Source: Elusimicrobiota bacterium
Lineage (GTDB): Bacteria; Elusimicrobiota; Elusimicrobia; UBA1565; UBA9628
Assembly: GCA_027319565.1 (NCBI GenBank)
Contig: DAHVNA010000001.1
Coordinates: 114,716 to 178,715, forward strand
Direction: 5' to 3'
Length of the DNA stretch: 64,000 bases
This document shows positions 9,178 to 17,233 of this stretch, one piece after another. A program made the position numbers and the translations under genes. Under the pieces are notes generated by a model, which saw nothing but the letters and a program-made list of their open reading frames with translations, was not told the DNA's origin and ran no database searches. Positions within the stretch are counted from its first letter, which is position 1, and each line of letters opens with the position of its first letter.

Positions 9178-9894
9178 ATGGCTAAAAAGAGTCCTGCGGG
9201 CTGGGTGGTTCTTATGCTTGTTTTAGCCCTTCCGGGACTTGCTTTTTATTTTTGGTGGAATCATTTGGGCGGCAATCATAATGTCACTCAAAAACTCGCG
9301 AAAACACAGCCTTTTTCTCGTGTTTTTAACGCCTCTCCCCCTGGCACTAAGGTCTCAATTCCACGATTTTCTAGCGCTCCGATGGCGCCTGCTTCAAGCC
9401 CTCAAGCCTCGCCGAAATCTCCGGTGGTCGCAAAAACAATGCCCGCAGCTCTTGCCCGACCCGGCGTTTCTACGCCTTCCTCTGTTTCATTGGTCAACGC
9501 AGGAAAGCCGCTTACTACCTCTTCGGTTTCAGCCATGGCTTTAAAACCCGTAGCGCAAAATGGCCAGAAATTAGCGGTTCCAACTTTGAAAAGAGACCCC
9601 ACTCTCTCTCCGACGGACCGACAGGAAATTTATGATTTGCTTCACCCGAAGCCTAAACCCAAGATTGTGCGCCGGAGGATTAAAAAGAAAAAGGGCCCTC
9701 CTATTGAAAGTTTGATTGATTTGTCAGGAATCATTTTTATGTCTCCATCGAATGCCAAGGCGATTATTAATGGAAATCTTATGAAGGTGGGGCAAATGGT
9801 GCATGGGGCTAAGATTATTGAGATCGAAAAACAAAAAGTTATTTTCTCTTATCATGGGCGAAAGGTAATCAAGGTGATGAGCGGTAAACTTTGA
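9178..9894 (+). CDS. PilP/GspC-like pilus assembly protein: TM anchor, Pro/Ser/Ala-rich linker and a C-terminal beta domain.
   Basis: TM anchor VVLMLVLALPGLAFYFWW. Low-complexity P/S/A linker. C-terminal IIFMSPSNAKAIINGNLMKVGQMVHGAKIIEIEKQKVIFSYHGRKVIKVM resembles the PilP/GspC HR domain. Located directly upstream of the secretin. Confidence 0.5.
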   Translation: MAKKSPAGWVVLMLVLALPGLAFYFWWNHLGGNHNVTQKLAKTQPFSRVFNASPPGTKVSIPRFSSAPMAPASSPQASPKSPVVAKTMPAALARPGVSTPSSVSLVNAGKPLTTSSVSAMALKPVAQNGQKLAVPTLKRDPTLSPTDRQEIYDLLHPKPKPKIVRRRIKKKKGPPIESLIDLSGIIFMSPSNAKAIINGNLMKVGQMVHGAKIIEIEKQKVIFSYHGRKVIKVMSGKL

Positions 9895-9904
9895 GGAGAC
9901 TATT

Positions 9905-11893
9905 ATGAAGATTAATGGGTGGGGTTTTAAAGGTCTTGCGTGGGGAAAAAGTTTGTGGCGCGCTCTTTGCCTTTTATCAGCCTTGGAATTGGCCCTTTTG
10001 CCTGGGTTGACGGCCCTAGCCCAATCCGACAGCTCAACTCCCGAGGCCAATCCGCAGTTCCAAAATTCCGTGCAAAGTCCTAAAAGCGATTCCGGCTCTC
10101 CAGTGGGAAGCGTTTCCGCCGTTAAAGCCCATGCCGCGTCGGCTTCTAAAGCCCTCGAGCAGGCAAGTTCCCCTTCTCAAGCGGGCGCGTCTCCGTCAGG
10201 AATTCAAATCGGCGCTTCCAGTTCTCCAACGCCCCCGCGTAAGAAAAGAGCCCCATCCCCTTTGGACACACGCGTTTCGATTCGAGTCAAGGGCGCGCCA
10301 TTGGCGACTTTTTTAGATGCCATTTCCGCTCAGGCCAGGATTAATTTCTTAATCACCGAGGGCCTTGAGTCAGTTAAAATGACCGCCTTTTTGCAAAAGG
10401 TGACGGTTCGAGAAGCCTTGCAGATCCTTCTTGAAATTAAAGGCTTAACCTATCGGCAGATTGGCAAAAGTAATACCTATGTCATTAAAAAACGTTCCAA
10501 AAATGCTCCCAACTTTATCACGCGGATTTATTCTCTTTCCTACATACCCTTGGTCAATATCTCTCAACAAGGAACCCAAGGTCAACAAGGAGGAGCGGCA
10601 GGCGGCGCGGCGGGCGGCATGGCGGCAATGCTCGGCGGAATGGGGGGGCCGTCTGCGGGAGGAAGTTCTGGCGGCGGCGCGCCGGGAGGAGCTGGCGGTT
10701 CTGGCGGAGGGTTGGCGCCAGGTCAGGGTGGGCAGGCTTTAGGAATGGGATCCATGATGGGAGGCGCTGGCGTGGGTGGACAGCAAGGCGGCATGCCGGG
10801 AGCGGGAACCGGGGGCGTGAGCTCTATTGTGACCGTGGTCCAATCGGTTTTAACCAAGGCCGGCCGAGTGGCTGTGGATCCTCGAACCAACTCTTTAATC
10901 GTAACCGATGTGCCGGAGGTCTTTCCCCAGGTGGATCAACTGATTGCCGAACTTGACAAAAAAGTTCCCCAGATCATGATTGAGGCCCAGATTGTGGAAA
11001 TTGATTCCAATCGCGCCAATGATCTCGGTTTTGAGTGGGGCGGGCCAAACGGCGAAATGGGGACTTTTACCGGTGGCCAGCGCGATACGTCTTTTCCAAT
11101 GGTTTTGACCGGAGCCAGCGGCCAGCCGCGCTTTTTTGATCCGGTTCAAAACGTCATGAGCACCTTGGCCCTTGAAGGCGGCGGCATGATGGGGGGCAGT
11201 AGCGGCGGCATGGGCGGCGGCATGGGCACGACCTTGGGCGGAATTGGATCCACTGGCGGAACCTTGGCTATTCCCACGACACAGCCGGGAATCAATCCTC
11301 TGACCGGGCTTCCTATGCTGGGGTCTAGCGTCATGACCAGCGTCTTGAACTTAAGCCAGCTGACGATTACCTTACGCATGCTGGTCTCTCGCTCGGAAGC
11401 GCGCTATTTGGGAAAGCCCAAAATCTTAACCGTCAATAATACTCCGGCGACGATTTCTATCACTGGAAACACCGCAATTTACATGTCGCAGCAGACCACC
11501 GGCGGGACCATGGGAATTACCCAGGCGACCTATTCTCCTGTGACTGCAAATACTGGCCTTACTTTGACCGTGACTCCTCAAGTCAACGGCGATGGATATA
11601 TTACGATGGCGGTCAATCCTCAGTTTACCGATGTGCAACCAGCGGTCATTTCAAGCGCGGCCAATCCTGTTTATGACACTCTGGTTCGACGTGCGCAAAC
11701 CCTAGTGCGCGTCAAAAATGGAGAGACCTTGGTTCTTGGAGGGCTTTTGCATTCAACCGAACAGAAAACCGTGCGCAAGGTTCCGTTTTTGGGATATATT
11801 CCCGTCATCGGATGGCTTTTTACCAGCGTCCAAGCCCAGCGCAAGAACACGGATCTGGTCATCTTTATAACGCCGACCATCATTAACGATTGA
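9905..11893 (+). CDS. pilQ: Secretin (PilQ/GspD family) with long Gly-rich low-complexity inserts.
   Basis: Signal peptide. N0-like ITEGLESVKMTAFLQKVTVREALQILLEIKGLTYRQIG. Secretin_N: RVAVDPRTNSLIVTDVPEVFPQVDQLIAELDKKVPQIMIEAQIVEI. Secretin C domain: LVRVKNGETLVLGGLLHSTEQKTVRKVPFLGYIPVIGWLF...DLVIFITPTII. Gly-rich inserts at about aa 218-300 and 420-455. Confidence 0.85.
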   Translation: MKINGWGFKGLAWGKSLWRALCLLSALELALLPGLTALAQSDSSTPEANPQFQNSVQSPKSDSGSPVGSVSAVKAHAASASKALEQASSPSQAGASPSGIQIGASSSPTPPRKKRAPSPLDTRVSIRVKGAPLATFLDAISAQARINFLITEGLESVKMTAFLQKVTVREALQILLEIKGLTYRQIGKSNTYVIKKRSKNAPNFITRIYSLSYIPLVNISQQGTQGQQGGAAGGAAGGMAAMLGGMGGPSAGGSSGGGAPGGAGGSGGGLAPGQGGQALGMGSMMGGAGVGGQQGGMPGAGTGGVSSIVTVVQSVLTKAGRVAVDPRTNSLIVTDVPEVFPQVDQLIAELDKKVPQIMIEAQIVEIDSNRANDLGFEWGGPNGEMGTFTGGQRDTSFPMVLTGASGQPRFFDPVQNVMSTLALEGGGMMGGSSGGMGGGMGTTLGGIGSTGGTLAIPTTQPGINPLTGLPMLGSSVMTSVLNLSQLTITLRMLVSRSEARYLGKPKILTVNNTPATISITGNTAIYMSQQTTGGTMGITQATYSPVTANTGLTLTVTPQVNGDGYITMAVNPQFTDVQPAVISSAANPVYDTLVRRAQTLVRVKNGETLVLGGLLHSTEQKTVRKVPFLGYIPVIGWLFTSVQAQRKNTDLVIFITPTIIND

Positions 11894-11948
11894 AGGCCTT
11901 GACATATTCCGCAAACCCGTTATACTTCTAAAAGGGGTTAAAATTTAA

Positions 11949-13703
11949 ATGCCTGACAAAGCCTTCTTGGCGGATATGATGGTTTCTTCCGGTTCGCTGA
12001 CGGCGGAACAAAAAGAGAAAGCTCTCAAGGCTTCTCAAGAAGCTAGGTGCAGCTTTGAAGAGGCGGTCATTAAACTTGGTTTCGCTTCCGAAAGCGTGGT
12101 CACTGCGGCTTTGTCAAGGCAATTAGGCATTCCCCTCGCTTCGCGGGAAAATAAGATTTTAATCCCGGAAAAAGGCCAGGGGCTTGAGAAATTGATTCCT
12201 GAAAATTTCGCTCGAGATCATCTGGTCGTTCCCCTATTTCTTGAAGATGGCACCCTGGGCGTTGCGATGGCAGATCCTACCAATGTGATGCTTCAAGATA
12301 ATATTCGGGTCTTGAGTTCCAAAACCATTCATCCCTTTGTGGCGGCAAAAACTCAAATTTTAAAGTCCATTGACGAGCTTTATGGCGGAAATCTTGGAGG
12401 CAGTCTCGTTGATCGTACGCTGGAAGAGGGTAAAAAAAGCGGCGGGGTTAGCGCTGAAGAATCCGACTCTGCGGATGTGCGCGTGGATCTCGACAAGGCT
12501 ATTTCTGGTTCAAAAGACGCCCAGATTATTTCTCTTATCAACGCCATTTTAAAACAGGCCGTCAATGAGAGATGTTCCGATATTCATTTGGAAAGTTTTG
12601 ACAACCGCGCGAGTTTGCGCTTCCGCATCGACGGGATTTTGTATGAGAGAAGCTCTCCTCCCAAAGCGATATTCGCGTCCTTGGTTTCGAGGATCAAAAT
12701 TCTCTCGAAACTTGATATCGCGGAGCGCCGTCTGCCTCAAGATGGAACCTTTTCAATTAAACTTCAAAACCGCAATATCGATCTGCGGGTTTCCATTTGC
12801 CCGACGGTTTACGGAGAAAAGGTCGTCATGCGTATTTTAGATAAGGGCGCGGTTAATCTTGACGTAGATAAAATCGGCTTTGAGCCAAAACAGAAAGCGG
12901 ATTTTTTGGATGCGGCCAAACAGCCCCATGGCCTGATATTTCTCACCGGTCCCACGGGGTCCGGAAAAACCACCACCCTTTATTCCGTCTTAAATACCAT
13001 TAAAACGCCGGAGCTTAATTTTATGACTATTGAGGATCCGGTTGAAATTAAGCTCGACGGTCTCAATCAAGTTCAGGTTCGCTCCGATATCGGGCTTACT
13101 TTTGCCGCGGCCTTGCGTTCTTTTTTACGCCAAGATCCGGATGTGATTTTAGTCGGAGAGGTTCGAGATCAGGAAACCGCCCAGACCTGCTTAAGGGCGG
13201 CCTTAACCGGACACCTGGTTCTTTCGACTCTTCACACTAACGACGCGATGTCAACAGTCGTGCGTTTAATTGATCTGGGAATCGAGCCGTTTTTGCTTTC
13301 CGGAAGTCTTCTTTTGGCGGCGGCTCAGCGCTTGGTTCGCATTCTTTGTCCCCATTGCAAAAAGCCTTATAAACCGGACCCCGCTCAATTGGAGGCTTGC
13401 ATCAAGGAATCCATGTTGCCGCAGGCTCAAATTCCGAATCCGGCCAATATCGTTTTTTACAGAGAGCATGGCTGCGATAAATGTTCTCAAACCGGTTATA
13501 TGGGCCGACGGGCGATCTATGAAATTTACCGTATTATTCCGGAGATGAGAGAAATTATCTACAAATACGGCGGCGATTTGGCCCGGCTTCGAGAGGTGGC
13601 GGTCAAAAGCGGCATGTGGGATTTAAGGGCGAGCGGTTGGAGAAAGGTTTTGTCCGGGTTGACGACTTCTGAAGAGGTGCTCTCGGTGACGATGAAGGAA
13701 TAG
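11949..13703 (+). CDS. pilB: Type IV pilus / T2SS assembly ATPase (PilB/GspE family).
   Basis: T2SSE_N domain (LADMMVSSGSLTAEQKEKALKASQEARCSFEEAVIKLGFASESVV). Walker A GPTGSGKTTT. Asp box LVGEVRD. His box. Tetracysteine CPHCK...CDKC. Confidence 0.85.
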   Translation: MPDKAFLADMMVSSGSLTAEQKEKALKASQEARCSFEEAVIKLGFASESVVTAALSRQLGIPLASRENKILIPEKGQGLEKLIPENFARDHLVVPLFLEDGTLGVAMADPTNVMLQDNIRVLSSKTIHPFVAAKTQILKSIDELYGGNLGGSLVDRTLEEGKKSGGVSAEESDSADVRVDLDKAISGSKDAQIISLINAILKQAVNERCSDIHLESFDNRASLRFRIDGILYERSSPPKAIFASLVSRIKILSKLDIAERRLPQDGTFSIKLQNRNIDLRVSICPTVYGEKVVMRILDKGAVNLDVDKIGFEPKQKADFLDAAKQPHGLIFLTGPTGSGKTTTLYSVLNTIKTPELNFMTIEDPVEIKLDGLNQVQVRSDIGLTFAAALRSFLRQDPDVILVGEVRDQETAQTCLRAALTGHLVLSTLHTNDAMSTVVRLIDLGIEPFLLSGSLLLAAAQRLVRILCPHCKKPYKPDPAQLEACIKESMLPQAQIPNPANIVFYREHGCDKCSQTGYMGRRAIYEIYRIIPEMREIIYKYGGDLARLREVAVKSGMWDLRASGWRKVLSGLTTSEEVLSVTMKE

Positions 13704-13711
13704 GAGGCCTT

Positions 13712-14935
13712 ATGTCTCAATTTTCATATGTCGTTCAAGACGCTAGGGGCGAGGCCATTTCTGGGACCCTTGAAGCGGGAGATGAAAACGAAGCGGTGGC
13801 GGCCCTTCAATCAAAGGGCTATTTTATTTTGTCATTGTCTTCTAAAGACACAAAGACGACCAGCCGACAAGGCGCATCTTCCAAATCGCCCAAGGTCGCC
13901 CAGCAGGATCTTATTTTCTTTTCTGAACAATTGTCGACGCTTTTAACCGGTGGCGTTCCTTTAGTTCGAGCTTTGTCCTTGCTTGGAGAACATACCAACT
14001 CCCCGGGGCTTCACGCGGTGGTGGGAGCGGTGACCCAAGACGTGTCCCGCGGAACGGCGCTTTATAAGGCTCTGGCGAAACATCCCGCCATTTTCGATAC
14101 CTTGTGGGTTTCCCTGGTTCAAGCGGGAGAAATGGGAGGACAACTCCCCAAGGTTTTGCGGCAAATCGCCAATTATTTGACGGCTCAAGCGGAATTAAGA
14201 GGAAAAATCATCACGGCTTTGGCTTATCCCGCGGTTCTGGCTTGTATGTCGGGAGGGGTTCTCGCTTTTTTCGTCATCCATATCGTCCCGGTTTTTGCCG
14301 ATATTTTTAAGCAATTTCACATTAAACTCCCGATGCTCACCCAAATGGTTGTTTCCACTTCGGAACTCATCGTTCATCACTTAGGCCTGATTATTTTTGT
14401 CGTGGTGGGGGGATACATGGCGTGGAAATCGTATACTTCCACCGATGCCGGCAAAATTGCCAAATGGAATCTGATATTTGGAATTCCTTTTTTTGGCGAC
14501 TTCATCAAACACATTATGGTCGAAAGACTCTTGACTACTCTTTCGACTTTAATTGAAAGCGGCGTCAGTATTCTTAATGCGATTGCGGTTTTAGAAGGCG
14601 TTTTTTCATCCAATATTATTTTCCAGACGGCTCTGAGCGCGATTAAGGTGGACGTGGCGGCGGGAAAATCAATATCGGCGGCCTTTAGAAAATCGGGGGT
14701 TTTGCCTTCCTTGGTAACCGAGATGATGTTCATGGGGGAAGAATCGGGCAAGTTGCCGGATATGCTTCAGACCATGTCCGGGTTTTACAGGCTTCAAATT
14801 GATCAGTTTACTCGCAGATTCACCGCCATTATAGACCCGATACTGGTGGTCGGAATCGGCGGACTTGTCGGCGTTATTGTTTTAGCGGTCTTTATGCCAA
14901 TCTTTAAAATGTCGACGATGGGAGGAGGACATTGA
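13712..14935 (+). CDS. pilC: Type IV pilus / T2SS inner-membrane platform protein (PilC/GspF family).
   Basis: Two T2SSF repeats (FSEQLSTLLTGGVPLVRALSLL and LTTLSTLIESGVSILNAIAVL). Three TM segments. Directly follows the ATPase gene. Confidence 0.85.
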   Translation: MSQFSYVVQDARGEAISGTLEAGDENEAVAALQSKGYFILSLSSKDTKTTSRQGASSKSPKVAQQDLIFFSEQLSTLLTGGVPLVRALSLLGEHTNSPGLHAVVGAVTQDVSRGTALYKALAKHPAIFDTLWVSLVQAGEMGGQLPKVLRQIANYLTAQAELRGKIITALAYPAVLACMSGGVLAFFVIHIVPVFADIFKQFHIKLPMLTQMVVSTSELIVHHLGLIIFVVVGGYMAWKSYTSTDAGKIAKWNLIFGIPFFGDFIKHIMVERLLTTLSTLIESGVSILNAIAVLEGVFSSNIIFQTALSAIKVDVAAGKSISAAFRKSGVLPSLVTEMMFMGEESGKLPDMLQTMSGFYRLQIDQFTRRFTAIIDPILVVGIGGLVGVIVLAVFMPIFKMSTMGGGH

Positions 14936-15546
14936 TGAACGGAGAGGAGAAGAAAGTAAAAGAGAGTAACGGAGAGTCACGGAAAGTAGAAGAAAGTTAC
15001 GGAAAGCGACAGAAGCAACGGAAACAGCCTTTTTCCGTTTCTTTCCGTTTCTTTCCGTTTCTTTCCGTTCCGTTTGGTTTTACGCTCATAGAGCTTTTAG
15101 TGGTGATTTTGATTGTCGGAATATTGGCGGCTATTGGATATCCTTCCTACATCCGTTCGATGGAAACCAGCAAGGCCAACGACGCCGTGGGGTATTTGAC
15201 CATGGCTGGGAACGCCGATCGGATGTACGCCGTGGATCATAATGGGATATATGTTGCAGCGGGACAAATTACTGATTCCTGTGATAATGGGGCTACTTGT
15301 CCTCAGAACAATGCCTGCGACTTGGTCTATTGCGGCTATATGCCGGCGGACAATTACAGTGAAAAGCCCTACAGTATTACCATTAATGCTTACGCTCCGC
15401 CTCCATCAGCGCTGGTGACGGTTCAGCGTTGTACAGGTTCTTCTCCTTGTACAAATTCTTCTCCTTACACCGGTTGGGGATATAATATTGATGCCAATGG
15501 AAATGTCACGCCATTTGGTAATCAGACGCCGCCGCCGCCACAATAA
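14935..15546 (+). CDS. Type IV pilin/pseudopilin (probable major subunit) with an exceptionally long charged leader of about 48 aa before the prepilin cleavage site.
   Basis: The ATG overlaps the pilC stop (ttgATGA). Class III signal ...SVPFG|FTLIELLVVILIVGILAAIGYPSY, with Gly at -1 and Glu at +5. The C-terminal domain is Cys-rich with a Ser/Thr/Pro-rich tail (GSSPCTNSSPYTGWGY...TPPPPQ). The leader is encoded by inverted and tandem repeat DNA. Confidence 0.75.
   Translation: MNGEEKKVKESNGESRKVEESYGKRQKQRKQPFSVSFRFFPFLSVPFGFTLIELLVVILIVGILAAIGYPSYIRSMETSKANDAVGYLTMAGNADRMYAVDHNGIYVAAGQITDSCDNGATCPQNNACDLVYCGYMPADNYSEKPYSITINAYAPPPSALVTVQRCTGSSPCTNSSPYTGWGYNIDANGNVTPFGNQTPPPPQ
14966..15075 (+). 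repeat. Inverted repeat with a tandem arm inside the pilin leader-coding region. ACGGAAAG-type units at 14966-15028 face (CTTTCCGTTT)x4 at 15031-15070.
   Basis: Direct reading: gtaacggagag / tcacggaaag / ttacggaaag / caacggaaacag, then cc, then ttttccgttt ctttccgttt ctttccgttt ctttccgttc cgttt. The two arms are reverse complements, so the segment can fold as a long RNA/DNA hairpin. Confidence 0.7.
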
Positions 15547-15561
15547 GAAAGAAGAAAGCAA

Positions 15562-16131
15562 ATGAAAGAAACGGGCGCGACGCTTATTGAGGTTTTAGCC
15601 TCCGTTCTCATAGCGGCGGTGATGACTTCCGCTGTTTTCAGCGTGACCTTGGGGGCCAAGGTACAATCAAAAATTACGGAAGAACACAATGCGGCGTCTG
15701 AGTGCGTGACCCAGCTGACCAATGAACTTCACTCTTTCGTCACCGGTTATTGGGATTACAATACGAATACTTTCAATTCCAATATGACGGAAATCTGCGG
15801 CCCCGCTGATTCGTCTTGTTACCCGGGAACAAGTGGGGGGAATTCCTCTCAATGGACTTGGGCAGATCTGGGAGTAACGGATAACTGCGGGAGCGGCTGT
15901 TACGTTTTAGCTACCGGAACTCACGTCCTTTCAGTTGGGCCCAATGGCTTGACGGCTTTGGGCCAACCCTTTTGTCTTCCTCCCTGGATGTGGCAGCCGC
16001 CTTATAATCCTAGTGGAAATCAGCTCTTGTCCTATACCGTTTCGGCTCCACCGATCGTCTCCGGTCAACAAGTGGGAGGGCCAGGGGTTCAAGTGACGGT
16101 GAATTGGTATAACATCAATGGGTCCCAATGA
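15562..16131 (+). CDS. Minor pilin/pseudopilin (prepilin-type N-terminus).
   Basis: MKETG|ATLIEVLASVLIAAVMTSAVF has the class III signal with Glu at +5. Size and position match the minor-pilin block. Confidence 0.7.
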   Translation: MKETGATLIEVLASVLIAAVMTSAVFSVTLGAKVQSKITEEHNAASECVTQLTNELHSFVTGYWDYNTNTFNSNMTEICGPADSSCYPGTSGGNSSQWTWADLGVTDNCGSGCYVLATGTHVLSVGPNGLTALGQPFCLPPWMWQPPYNPSGNQLLSYTVSAPPIVSGQQVGGPGVQVTVNWYNINGSQ

Positions 16132-16802
16132 ATAAAAATTTTATCGGAGTTTCGATGAGAAATGGCGGATTTACCTTGGTCGAAATGATTGTCGCTCTTC
16201 TTTTAAGCTCTCTTGTCATGGTGGGCTTGATTGATATTACCGCTAGCATCATCGCCCAGCATTTTGAGGGAATTCGTAGAGGAAGAGTAGACAGTGAGAC
16301 CCTTTATTCTCTCGATCAGATGAGGCTGGAGCTTGAAGCCGCGACCTATTACTCTTATCCCAATACGTCAAGCCCGGCTACCATGTCCATTCAGGGCTGC
16401 GGAAATTATTTTTCAGCGACAAGCCCTGGTACGCAAATTTACACGGGGCCCGGCGCAACAATAAGTTCTTTTGCCTATTGCCTTGAGAACAAGTGTACAG
16501 GGAGTAATTCCAATTTGTGCGATCCATCGGGTTATACGGGGCCCTATGATTTAATTCGCTATTATAATCCCAATGGTTGTCCTATTTCGTGCGGAGGAGG
16601 GACGCCTCAGACCTTGGTTTATCAGAATGTCTATTTAGAACCAATATCATTAAATCCTTCGGGCCAGCCTTTTGTCTTGAACCGGCCGCTCGGCGGGGTC
16701 GATGTGCATATGATTATAGGCTATCCTGTTTTGGCGGGAGAAACCCCCACCTATTATCAAATTGATACAACCTATATTCCGGATACGGGGCGCATGCAGT
16801 GA
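16128..16802 (+). CDS. Minor pilin/pseudopilin (PilW/GspJ-like).
   Basis: MRNGG|FTLVEMIVALLLSSLVMVGL prepilin motif. Start overlaps the upstream stop (ATGA). Confidence 0.7.
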   Translation: MNKNFIGVSMRNGGFTLVEMIVALLLSSLVMVGLIDITASIIAQHFEGIRRGRVDSETLYSLDQMRLELEAATYYSYPNTSSPATMSIQGCGNYFSATSPGTQIYTGPGATISSFAYCLENKCTGSNSNLCDPSGYTGPYDLIRYYNPNGCPISCGGGTPQTLVYQNVYLEPISLNPSGQPFVLNRPLGGVDVHMIIGYPVLAGETPTYYQIDTTYIPDTGRMQ

Positions 16803-17233
16803 TTAAAAATTCCAGAGGGCAGATTTTAACCAGCACCTTGGTGACCGCCATGGTGGTAGTCCTCATCGCGGCCGGGCTCATGCATTTAATCTTGATGAGG
16901 TATACCGCCGCTAATAGAGCGACGATGGAGGTTAAATACACCCGCTGCGTTCAACTGGCCGTGGGTCAATTTTTTTCTACCTGGGACAGGCTTAGTTCAA
17001 CTGCGGGGGTCACCGATCCTGTTTGCAGTAGCGCGTCGCCACTGTTTACCTGTGCTGGGTCAAACCATGGACATTGCCATTGTACCTGTACATTTAACAG
17101 TGGATCCTTATCCGGCCTCACGGTGAAGGTGAAACCTGGTACAAATGGTGCAAACCCTCCTTGCACTTTTGAGGCTCAGACTACAACGAATACGTCCTCG
17201 CCCTTTGCCTCGGTTACCCCCGTTTGCCAGTGA
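16799..17233 (+). CDS. GspK/PilX-like pseudopilin lacking Glu+5.
   Basis: N-terminus SRGQILTSTLVTAMVVVLIAAGLMHLILM resembles the GspK-type hydrophobic segment, with no Glu at +5. The product is short (144 aa) and Cys-rich. It is the last gene of the pilin block. Confidence 0.45.
   Translation: MIKNSRGQILTSTLVTAMVVVLIAAGLMHLILMRYTAANRATMEVKYTRCVQLAVGQFFSTWDRLSSTAGVTDPVCSSASPLFTCAGSNHGHCHCTCTFNSGSLSGLTVKVKPGTNGANPPCTFEAQTTTNTSSPFASVTPVCQ

Noticed and set aside
10461-11379. ORFs 10461..10742(+) and 11146..11379(-) over the secretin Gly-rich regions
   Set aside because: They are alternative-frame readings (Ala/Arg-rich or Pro-rich) of the GC-rich imperfect repeats that encode the secretin's Gly-rich inserts. 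The secretin frame is continuous and has conserved flanking domains.
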